Of a stretch of DNA of 64,000 nucleotides, positions 26,008 through 37,005 are shown piece by piece. Both the position numbers and the translations under genes were made by a program. Under the pieces are notes generated by a model. That model saw only the letters and a program-made list of their open reading frames with translations. It ran no database searches and had not been told where the DNA came from. Origin of the DNA: Gnetum montanum (Eukaryota; Plantae; Gnetophyta); NCBI GenBank assembly GCA_015680685.1, contig MNCI01001919.1, positions 129,437 through 193,436 of the forward strand. The letters are read 5' to 3'. Position 1 is the first letter of the stretch. Every line of letters begins with the position of its first letter.

Positions 26008-27408
26008 GAGGCACCAATAACATGCTTCACCATGTTCCTGCTATAGCTTGGTAGGAGATGATAAAGGATAAGGCAATTGCTAAGTTGTTAGAGGAGGTAC
26101 AGCCATTACTACCACCTTTTGGTGAGACCATACCAGAGGGTTGAGCAATCATTTAGTAGAGTAGGAAACTCCATGAATAGCTATTGTAGCAACAAAAAGG
26201 AGAGGTAAGTGATGGGGATCCATCAATCTACCAACTAGAATCAAGCCATCTCAATGAAGTTATAGGAGAATCAACTAGCTGGAAGAGACCTCCTTGCTAT
26301 TTTTCACATAATAGATGTAGACACCCATAAGAATGAGTCCAAGTGGACAAGAAGTTATGATGTCCATCCCTAGGTAATAAGTGTTTCCTAAAATATTTAG
26401 GAATACTATGACCTTCTTAGTATTCCTAGTGAGAGGTAAGGAGGCTACTATCTTGGTGATGTAGCATCATGGGCAGGAAATAGTAATGGAAGTGATGGTA
26501 GACTATGTGGTCAAGGCATTGAATGCTCCTATAGCAACCATGCTTAACATAGGTACCTTGAAACATGTGAAAGATTCTATAGAAGTAGGAAGTAATTGAT
26601 TGAATGTAGCCTAACATAAGAAGGTGTTGGACTAATTGGTAGGAACCAAGAAATTCCTTTTAGATATTTTTGATCTTCTAAAAGAAATCACTGCTACCCA
26701 ATCATAGCTACTAGAGACAAAGGGCAAGCTCCTCATTGCTAATGTCCAAACAAAGGTATTCACCATCAAAAACCATGAATTGGTTGCTAAAATTGTAGAA
26801 TTAAGGGTAGTACTCTCTAACCCTACCATTCTTAGCTATGGCATCACAAGAGATAAAGCTTTCCTCTAGCTTCAATAGAGATTAAAGAAGGCTGAGAATG
26901 CTAAGAAGATGGTATTCTTTGATGCCTTCTTATCTAAAGAACTTACCTTCAACATTGATAAGGACTTGGCTCAAGTATATAAAGAAAAATTATTCCTTAC
27001 ATAGGACATTCACCACCTATGAAATGTCAAGGAAAAAAATACTAGATGGTTGAATTTGATATTCAATAGTAGGAGTAGCTAGCCAAAGTGAACATGGATT
27101 TGAGGAGGTTGGCAATAAAGAATCAAGATCTCTTTATGGAGGAAGTTTGGGCACTTCGCCAAAAGATGACCATCGAGGTAGCCACCTAGAAAAATAAGGC
27201 CTTGAATTTTTAATATGGCAAATATCACTACAAGGACCTAGTGGGGCTCATCAAAGAAGTTAACAAAAAAGAAATCTATCTAGCCAAGGAAAAAATGAAC
27301 GAGGTACTATACAAACTCCAATAAAGAGGTGATGTGTGAAAATTAATCCTTGATTGCCTAAACACAAACAAGAAAGAATAGATTTGCATCAAGGAGTTGC
27401 AAATAGAG
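26008..27408 (+). pseudogene. Host accessory ORF, part 2 (between elements A and B)
   Basis: Resumes TNNMLHHVPAIAW*EMIKDK (paralog: TNNTLRHALITSWWKMMKEK). LD*LVGTKKFLLDIFDLLKEITATQS matches LDQLMGTGQLLLDVFDLLDNITTTQS of ORF 62845-63108. E/K-rich coiled-coil character. Confidence 0.75.
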
Positions 27409-27413
27409 GAGAT

Positions 27414-29008
27414 TGAAACACCATGGAAATTGTGAATCGGCCTCAGGTGAAGATTCACGATTCAGGAAAAAGTTCATGACAGAATTCTAGAAGGTAGAAC
27501 AAGTCAAAGCAAGGTGAAATGATGCCCGACATCAAGTCTCCAAATTCCTTACAAATTTCAATTTTACTATGTTTTCTGTCTTTATGCTACATTACACAAC
27601 ATAGCGTAATGACGCTTAGCGTAATTTTGCTTAACATAGTCTGACATCAGAAGGTAACTTACTTTAGTAGATTTGGTGAAGCTTAAAGCCTAAGCAGAGT
27701 AATATGCGACTTCTCGCATATCCTACTAAGTCTTTTGACCAGGGTCTGATTTATGCTCTGTTACGCAATGCAACGTAATGAGCTTCAGAAAGGTCAAAGG
27801 GAAAGTCCAAGGGAAGCGTGACAGATAGGCTCCTTTCTTTTTTCAGATTGATCACTTTACGTTGGTTATGCTACGCAGCGTACGTCAGCGTAATTTATCG
27901 TCGAGTTGATCATTTTTTACGCTTCACTACACTTTGCTACGTAAGTGAGCGTAAAAAGGCTTGACTCACTATTTCCATGCTTTGTTATGCTTTGCCACGC
28001 GATGCAGCATAAACAAGTGTAATACAACGTAAAGCCAGCTAAAGCAGTTACGCATTTGCTACCCATACGCGCAATACGCTAATAAGCGTATTGTGCGTAA
28101 TCATGAAGCAGCTTCGGCAAAGTGTTGACAGTGTACGTTGCAATATGACATGACATAGCCAGTTCGTCAAGTTAACGGTACCCGGAAAGTTTGAGACACA
28201 TGTCATCAAGGCTGTGCCTTTTCTGCATATTATAAATACCTTAGTTGGGAAAGAAAAGAGAGGACTTTTGACTTCTTCTTTTTTGGGGGAAAAGAGAGAG
28301 CAGCGGCTAGCATCTTCAACTTTTGGCAGTTATCATCCTTGAGCAGAAACAAGAGACATTTTTTGAGCATTTGGCAGTAGGAGCGATCATAACCTTTGGC
28401 GAAAATACAGTTCTCCCATCGGTGATCCTTGGTAGTTTTGAGTAGAGACTATCCAAAGCGAAGAAGATAGATCAGAGATTACGAGATCATCTGGTGCAGT
28501 TGGCAAGATCTATTGACCAGACATAGTTGGTTGATAGACATATGAGCTTGACCTTCCTTGCACTCTTTCTTTGGCTTATAAGGTAGACCAAGTTCCATTC
28601 TGCACTCCTTATTAAATAGTTTTCTTATTATTTTGTGTATGTTCCGCACAAGATAATCGGAGTCTTCCCGATTACAAGATACTCATTTTTCCAGGTCAAA
28701 GTATAGATCTTGAAATCACGCATTTCTCTTAAATTCGATTTCCTTTGTTGTGTTAACGTTGTCATTATTGTAATTTATCTACATCGTTTTCCTCTCCTCT
28801 CGTGATTTATCGAATCAAATCGTTCCACGGAACACTTATAATCTTCGTCCATTTACTGATTAAGTAAGTCCTTGTCTAATCGACAAGACCGTTCAGGGCA
28901 CTGCGGATTCGTTTTCTCCAGCACAGCCCTCGCACGGATCCGTGGTTAAAACTGTGTACACAGATTTTGTTTGGTATTTTCCAGCTACTGACATTTTCTA
29001 TCGTTACA
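27414..29008 (+). repeat. 5' LTR of element B
   Basis: TGAAACACC...GTTACA; colinear with 42139-43745. TATAAATA near 28231. Confidence 0.96.
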
Positions 29009-29014
29009 GTTTTC

Positions 29015-29034
29015 TGGCGTTAGAAGGAGGGCTT
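29015..29034 (+). promoter_or_regulatory. Primer-binding site (tRNA-Asn type), element B
   Basis: TGGCGTTAGAAGGAGGGCTT, 6 nt after the LTR end. Confidence 0.9.
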
Positions 29035-29257
29035 AGGCTCCAATTCATATTTTTATGGGTAGCCCTATAAGCGATCTATACCCGCGTTGCCAAAACGTAA
29101 ACATAATACCTCTAGGGAAGTTTACAAAATCGTGTGGTGTAGATCGGTCACAGTAATGATTCCTTTGAAATCCTACAGGGTAGAAAGCCTAATCGCGATC
29201 TTGCTTGTCCATTGCCTTTTAGATCCAGTCATTTATTGTCGTTAATCTACTTGACCA

Positions 29258-32200
29258 ATGGATTCTTCATACACAACCACAGCCGCAATGATCACAACTG
29301 ACTCGGGTGCCACATCTGTGAATCCCATCGCTACGACTAGACCAGCCTCTAGTGTTATAGGACCTCAGGGACCATCGCGTCGGTCACTGAGACTACAAGG
29401 CAAAGACCCCATATTTACCGTCGTAACCCCTGAGGAATATAACTTCATCTGCGTCAAGATCCAGGTAAAGCTTGCCCTTAGCCGAGCCGAAATCGAGGTG
29501 AAACGAAATTTTGAGATGATCCACCAAGGGGGTCAGGATTTTACCCCTACTGCCTACGACATCATTCCTTTGACAGAACATTACCATGAAATCATAACAC
29601 AATTGATCATGGCTAAGAGTCAGGCTACCTGGTCCATGCTGGAACCCAAAAACGGGGAGGAAGAAGATGATGAATTTGCAGCTCAGTCTGAACATTCATA
29701 TCACACTTTGAGCCCCCATACCTACATAAATCCCTTATTCCCTCTCAACGGAGAAGCCACCCCTCTTAATCCGGCCATGACCACACAAACTCACATTCCT
29801 GTCATCCCGCAAGCCACTACGCAGTCATTTGGGCTACAAGTGCAAATACCCCAAAATAACATGGGGGCAATTTCATCGCCGCGAGTAATCAGCATTCCGT
29901 TGGTGGTCCTTGCATCCACCGCGCCTCATTTCATCCCTCAGATCCAACCCCAAGCCATGTTTATAACTTGCCCGGTGCAAAACTAGCACAAACTTTGTCA
30001 CTGCTGGCCCCTCCAACCCAACAGATCACAGCCGTCATTCAACCACAAGCATCCATCCAACAGCCGACCGTGAGTCAGTGGATCATTCCCATGGCACAAC
30101 AGAACCTGTCTGCGGTATATGGTGTGCAACCCTTGGCTGCACCCACAACACATGTTTCGTAGATGGTCCCACAATATCCTTATCATCCCTACACTACACA
30201 GCCGGTGGCGGCTAATCTCTCTTCTCAACTCGGTGGGTGGTGGTCTTCGCAGGCAACTTCGTCCACGAGGATCCCCGTTGCATCACTTTCCAGTCAAGCT
30301 ATTCCTCCATTTCCACTCCTTGGCACCACTCTGCCAGTTCAACCCCCTATTCCTCCTACACAAGCATCTTCATCCACAGGCTTAGATCAAGCATTCTTAC
30401 TTATTCAGACCCTCACCGAGGAGGTTAGACACCTTAAGGCCGCTGGTTCAAACACTATACAGATCATGGACTTCTATCAAGATGATCTTATTAGTCCAGA
30501 AGTCCCCATGCTATCGTTGCCCCCCAGGATGTCCTTACCCCATTTCACTAAATATAATGGGGAGGGATATCCCAACGCTCACCTGGTCACCTTCAAATCT
30601 GAATCTTTGTTGTTATAGTAGTGGCCTCACACAATCATCTGTGTCTTCGTGATGTCTCTGGCAGGGAAAGCTTTGGATTGGTATTGAGCCCTCCCTCGCT
30701 CTTCCATCTCAACCTTGGAAGAGCTTCTGACACAGTTCGTGACTCGCTTTAAATACAACCTAAAGCTAGAGGTCATGTTAGATCAACTCATGGGAGTGAA
30801 ACAGGACCCACTCAAACTAGTCCAAAAGTTCATACAATGATGGAGTGCTACTTTCAACGAAATCCGTGAGCCAATCGTGGAGGCCCATTTGCTGGCCATC
30901 TTCAAGGGAGTAGTCAATGAATTCATTAAGTCTAAGCTGTACTACCTTTTCCCTAGCTCCTTACATCAGTCCTTCGCCTAGACTAAAAGCATCCAAGATG
31001 CTGCGGAGGCTAGCAAAGACCCGGCGTATGTCACCTACAAAAATGCTAACAACAAAGGCAAGGATAAAGGTAAAACAACAACAATGACGGTAGCTGCATT
31101 GGTTGAGGGCGCTAAGAACAAAAACAAGAAGGCACCTACGGCATCACCTGAGACCACGGCTAGTGCGAGTAGCACCAGCCAAGAAACTTCTGCCACTGAA
31201 AAGCTGCCCTAGCCAAAACCAAAATTTGAGCGTAAAGATCGCTCAAAGTATACAGCCCTCCCTGTAAAACACTCAGAACTTTTGAAACAACTATTAGGGA
31301 CAGGATACATTCAAACTAAGAAGGTATCCGAGGAAGCTCTGAAGCATCACAAGCATCATTGTGAATTGTTAAAGAATCCTTCTTTAGCCCTACCTGATGA
31401 ACCACCAGTTTCGAGGTCTTTCAGGCTGGACCGTTTCTGTGACTACCACCAGTTGTGTGGTCATGACACAGATTACTGTTGGGCATTGAAAGACGACATT
31501 CAACGCATGATTGATGATGGTCATTTGAAACTAGACGGCAGTAGTCCAACTCGTNNNNNNNNNNNNNNNNNNNNNNNNNNNNNNNNNNNNNNNNNNNNNN
31601 NNNNNNNNNNNNNNNNNNNNNNNNNNNNNNNNNNNNNNNNNNNNNNNNNNNNNNNNNNNNNNNNNNNNNNNNNNNNNNNNNNNNNNNNNNNNNNNNNNNN
31701 NNNNNNNNNNNNNNNNNNNNNNNNNNNNNNNNNNNNNNNNNNNNNNNNNNNNNNNNNNNNNNNNNNNNNNNNNNNNNNNNNNNNNNNNNNNNNNNNNNNN
31801 NNNNNNNNNNNNNNNNNNNNNNNNNNNNNNNNNNNNNNNNNNNNNNNNNNNNNNNNNNNNNNNNNNNNNNNNNNNNNNNNNNNNNNNNNNNNNNNNNNNN
31901 NNNNNNNNNNNNNNNNNNNNNNNNNNNNNNNNNNNNNNNNNNNNNNNNNNNNNNNNNNNNNNNNNNNNNNNNNNNNNNNNNNNNNNNNNNNNNNNNNNNN
32001 NNNNNNNNNNNNNNNNNNNNNNNNNNNNNNNNNNNNNNNNNNNNNNNNNNNNNNNNNNNNNNNNNNNNNNNNNNNNNNNNNNNNNNNNNNNNNNNGGGAT
32101 CTCCTCGACATGTTTATGCAGGTCAAACAGGCTCTGAAACAAAAAAATACAATGATGAGCCTCTATGACCTGCTCATGACGTCTCAAAAACACCGTGAGG

Positions 32201-32988
32201 CTATGGTCCGCATGCTTGCATCCATACCTATGGAGGAAAGCTTACCAACGGAGGAGGAAGCAATACATGCTGTCATGTTTCCCTCCGATGTTGAGCACCC
32301 TAAACCTACCTTGTTGACCTTTCATGAAGAATCCATCAAAGATGATCCTGAGAAAGGTCAAGTGACAACTAAACCCATGTTTATCACCATCCGAGTCGGT
32401 CAATACTGGATCCGGAGGGTGCACGTGGACGACAGCACAGCTACAAATGTCATCCCTTATCCCATCATGGAGAGGTTGTGTCTAGTCGACCAAATCAGTC
32501 CCTCAATGATAACGTGCATAAATTCGTTCAACGGAGGATGGGTTCAGGTTAAGGGAATGGTGTGCATTGAATTTGTGGCAGGGGATCAATTCCCAACAGA
32601 TGCTACATTCCTTGTCATCGAGGAGATGCCTGGGTTCAACTTAATCCTAGGGAGGTCCTGGCTAGCCCAACTGAGGGCGGTTTCATCACCAATCCATCAG
32701 GAGATACATCTCCCTTACGCAGGAGGAGAGGTTGTGATACGCGGTGATGAAATCACCCCCAGGACTGTCAACAATATCGAGGAAGAACGAGGTTTGGAGA
32801 TAGAAACATCGGATGATCAGACCTATCCCCAAATCCCTGAACAAACGGAAACGAATGATGATAGTCTAGTATGGGCCAACCTGCCATTTTAGGATGGTGG
32901 TGTGGAAGAGTCAGACTGCAAACCTCCCCGCCCTTGCGCACCACTGAGCGTAAAGGCCATCAAGAAACAATTACGAATCAGTGATTGA
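29258..32988 (+). pseudogene. gag: gag-protease ORF of element B
   Basis: Long P/Q/T-rich N-terminus, KYNGEGYPNAHL, Tat knuckle FCDYHQLCGHDTDYCWALK, protease HVDDSTATNV...LILGRSWL. Ends KKQLRISD*. A few stops and frameshifts. Confidence 0.9.
31555..32095. other. Assembly gap (541 N)
   Basis: Run of N inside B gag. Confidence 1.
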
Positions 32989-33468
32989 TCCGAATGGCAT
33001 TTACGCGCATCTTCACGTCTTTACTAATTTTGCCTTTTACGTTTAGCAGTTTGCATTGTCAATCTTCTTTAATATATTGATACATATTTACGCTTGCTAT
33101 TCATTATGCCATTCACATTTCTTTATATACGCTATTTATGCTCACTGATCATTTTAGTGCAATTACGCAGAAATATACAGTATTATCAATTATGCTTCCA
33201 GACTAACGCAGCGGGCCCGCAACAGTCTTAAACTAGTGATGGCCTGCAATGGCCTTAAACTAGTCCACTGGTATCTTATGCAAATGATACACAACAATGT
33301 AACTTATTCAAAACCTTTAACAACTACACTTACGCATTGCAAATCAAGAGATAAAGCCAAAAAAATAAATAGCATTTAAAACCATACAGAAGATCTTAAT
33401 GCCAGTCTTTTCAACATTCATATAACCATTGTTCAATTCCAATCAATAAAATCATGCATAAGTTACAG

Positions 33469-36400
33469 TTACACATCCCCCCTAGTGCCACTATCACCCG
33501 TTTCCCTTAGGTCAGGCTCCAAGCCTAATAAATCATCCTTCAGTGAGCCATCCTTCTTAGAAGATATTCCTTCGCAAGGAATGCCATCCCCACGAGGCCC
33601 TTGCTCCAATGTCAGCTCCACAAGAGGATGCTCTCCACTACTGTGCTCCTCTCCTTGTGCTTGTTCCCCACCCTGTTTACCTTCGCCCTCCAATTCTTGT
33701 ACCTGTATATGGTAAATCCATTAACAAAGACTTAACATCATAATCGGAAAATTTAGATTTAATAATGTTTAAACTTACTCGCAACAGTCCTGCTTCCGCA
33801 GCAAAGGGGAGTTGTTCTAAACCAACCCATAGACGCTACATAATCTCATCTTCCATTAGTTCAGACCATACGTTGTTCCCCAGAGTAGCTCCAGCCTTCA
33901 CCTTCCCCTTCTCCACACTAGTCCAGCGAGTCAGATCAGGGAAGAAAGTAGGGACAGTAGTCTTGCCCCCGGGAAGAGTCATTTCTCTTTCCGGTGACGT
34001 GCTTACTGTCACCTGCTCCTAAAACTTCTCAAAGGCTTTGGACGCGCCAATGACATCAAGGAATACCCGCAATGATTGAGCTTTGACGATAGAGTCACGG
34101 TAATGCTGACGATAAGTGAGACACTCTTGCTTATACAGATGCTTGTGATCTTTTTCCTTCTACCCCCATTCTTGCACACTTGCGCAGAAATCCTTCCAGT
34201 CTTGGTTTTTCTGAGATAACAGCTCTATCTTCATCTGCTGCTCCACCAACTCCCGACTGGTTTGCACGCTATTCTTGATTGCGATCCAATAGCGAGAGTA
34301 GTCAATCACAGCTGTGCACCAGTCCTCCTCACCTGTTGCCCACACCTACAAGAACTCGCATCGCTATTTTAAGTCTCCGACCTCTTTGGCCAGAGACTCC
34401 TTCTCCCTCTCTAACCTCTGTAGCCTTTTCCAGAGGTCTTCATTGACACTCTTGCTCTCCCACAAGGAGCGATTCGAGCGTAACGCACATTTATGCATCT
34501 CCTCATAAATGCTACGTGGCATGACTGCCCCATCAGATGGAGGCTCCACTGTGTCCAAATCAATGGGCTCCGTTGGATCCCATCGAAGGCGAGCTCCTAA
34601 CAGCAAACATTATCAATATAAATGAAACATTACCACTTTCTAATATAATAAACCTATTATAGCTATAACATCTTAGCTCCAAAATCAATGCGCTCGAGGT
34701 GCTCAATCATATCGCTGACAACGCCTTCCATGAAGGCCAATTTGTCAAGAAACTCTCTCCATGTTCTGCTCACAGAGGCAGACATGGATACATCTTCTTC
34801 ACCTGTAGCGTAATTTAGTTAAAAATCTTAATTATTAACAAAACTCCTCAAGACATCCAATACGCTTACTACCTCTGCCAGTTACAGTGGGGAGTGCATC
34901 AACAATTCCCACCTCCTCCCTCTCCTCATGCACAAGAGTCTGTGCATCGCTAGTCCTAACAGCTAGGGCCTCTTCTTCCAAAAATGGGGCCCCTTCCCCA
35001 CAACTTAATATCACTTCCCCTATCTCAGGGATCAACTGCTCCGTAGGTCCTACTGTTCATATCACATTCACATTTAGATGATTCAAAATATCTTGAATAA
35101 AAATTACGTAATACAATAACTTTCACTACGTTTCTTTTAAGCTTACCAAGCGGAGGTTTACTCCGTTGAACTTTGACTTGCATGGTTCGACCTGTGCCAC
35201 TCCCAGGCTCCACAGAGGCCTCGGTTAAGCGAAGCTTTTTATGCTGAGCCAAAGGCTCTACAGTTTTAGCCACCAAGCATTTCCCCCGTGAAGCATCGCC
35301 AGTGTAAGTGGGAATCGCCCCACCTACACTGTCGGGGCCTCGCACTCGAGACGCTGCCAAATCCCTTGTCGTTATAGACAGAGACTCGCCAATCCCTTTT
35401 GGGGGATCCTGTCAATAGGTAGTGTCAAAAATGTGGGTAATCCAAGGTTTGGATAGCTGGTCTTGATCCTGTAGCAGCCAAACCTCATTCCTCTGGATGA
35501 CCAAAAATTTAGCAAAATGTCGAAGGCAAGCTATGAAGAAGGCATAATGCACGTTGAAACGAGAATCAAGCTTCTGGCGAAGCCTGATCATTTCAGTGCA
35601 TAATCCCTTAGCAAAGTAGCTTGCTCAGTCAAACTGGGTTCCTTCCTCCATAACCTCCCGCATGATATGGGTCTGTTCTATGGTGAAGAATCTCCCCTGC
35701 GAGAGTGTTTTGGGGAAAGCCTGGGCCCGGAACAGGGGATAAATTGTCTTGGTGATTTTTGGTTTGATCTTCTCACAATGGATCCCCTTAGCCTCCTTCT
35801 TGGCCCCTAGCCACTCCTCCAGTCACTCCTGACAGGCGAGGCTCCTCTTTGCCTTTTTCTCTATGGGAAGGCCGTTAGAGGGGACACCAAAAAGGTTTGC
35901 AAAAAGCTGAGCATCAATATCAAAACTTACACGTACGTGATGCACACGTGTGCAAAAGCGCTCAGCCCTTTCGCTGAAGGAGTTGACCAGGGTTAACATT
36001 TCACTGACGGGGACATCAGGGGTTATGGCTAAAAATAAGTGCATTAGCCTCGCTTGGTGCAGCTTGGTAACCATCGCAACCAAGGCCGCCGCATGGCCGA
36101 GCCAGTGTTGTGCCTCCTTGATGTCGTAGTAGTGGAAGAGAAGGGTATTCGCCTCACGGCCGGAAATGGTAAGGGTAATCTCCCAGGATTCCCTAATTGA
36201 ACAATGCAAGACACATGTCAAAAAATACTATTACGTGACATTCATGATTCACAATTACATTATGCAACAATAACATACACAACAATTTTACCAAGTCCAA
36301 ATGGCAAAGGAAATGGAGGAAGTTTCCTCTACACGTCTGCAACGGTAAGGGGCGGATCCAAAGTCCAATCGTCTTGTAACCACCCAAGATTCTGACAATT

Positions 36401-36600
36401 CTCGAAAGGATCAGCATAATGGGTGGGGTACGCATGAATGTCGAAGCCGATCTGCCCTGTTACACCAGCGCGTACATTGCTAGTAGAGGTAAACGCCTTT
36501 ATTGTTGTTTCAGTCCAAGTTAAGGTATCACCTTCACACTTTCGCACCTTTACACCTTTACAAATGACGCGCTTCAATCTTCTGCTCCTCCTCTCTTCTC
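33469..36600 (-). pseudogene. Antisense accessory gene of element B with at least six exons (PMD/plant-transposon-protein-like N-half, coiled-coil C-half)
   Basis: AT-rich introns at 36193-36291, 35053-35146, 34803-34869, 34597-34676 (donor reads CTAAG, mutated) and 33703-33778. The last four join neighbouring ORFs in frame; intron 1 needs a 1-nt shift. The protein is conserved with A. Confidence 0.85.
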
Positions 36601-37005
36601 TCTGTAATAGCTAAGAATTCAAATTCGTGATAGCAAACAACCTGTTCTAAATGAAAACTGCTTACTTATATACAAAATTTAACCAACTTGATACCCGATT
36701 TCAATGAGACTTGTCTAAATGCTGGTGTGAGCTGGAACCTGAGGATCGAAGCATTAATTACATCATATATTGCACGCATTACGGTCCAAAATGACCCTAA
36801 ACTACTGTATCTTATCTCCTCATAATCAGGTCTCATTAATTACAGGCTATTCACGAAATTTAAAATTCAGTTAGCTTTACGCTCAGTAACGTCACGTCAT
36901 GTCCTATACACTAAACTAAGCATTATTCATTAAGTACTTATCACATCAAACTTAGTATCTTTCTAATTACTTTGGCATTTGACAATTTTGTAGGATAATT
37001 GACAG

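Noticed and set aside
31521-32193. Long minus-strand ORFs in the track
   Set aside because: They are open only because of the N gap.
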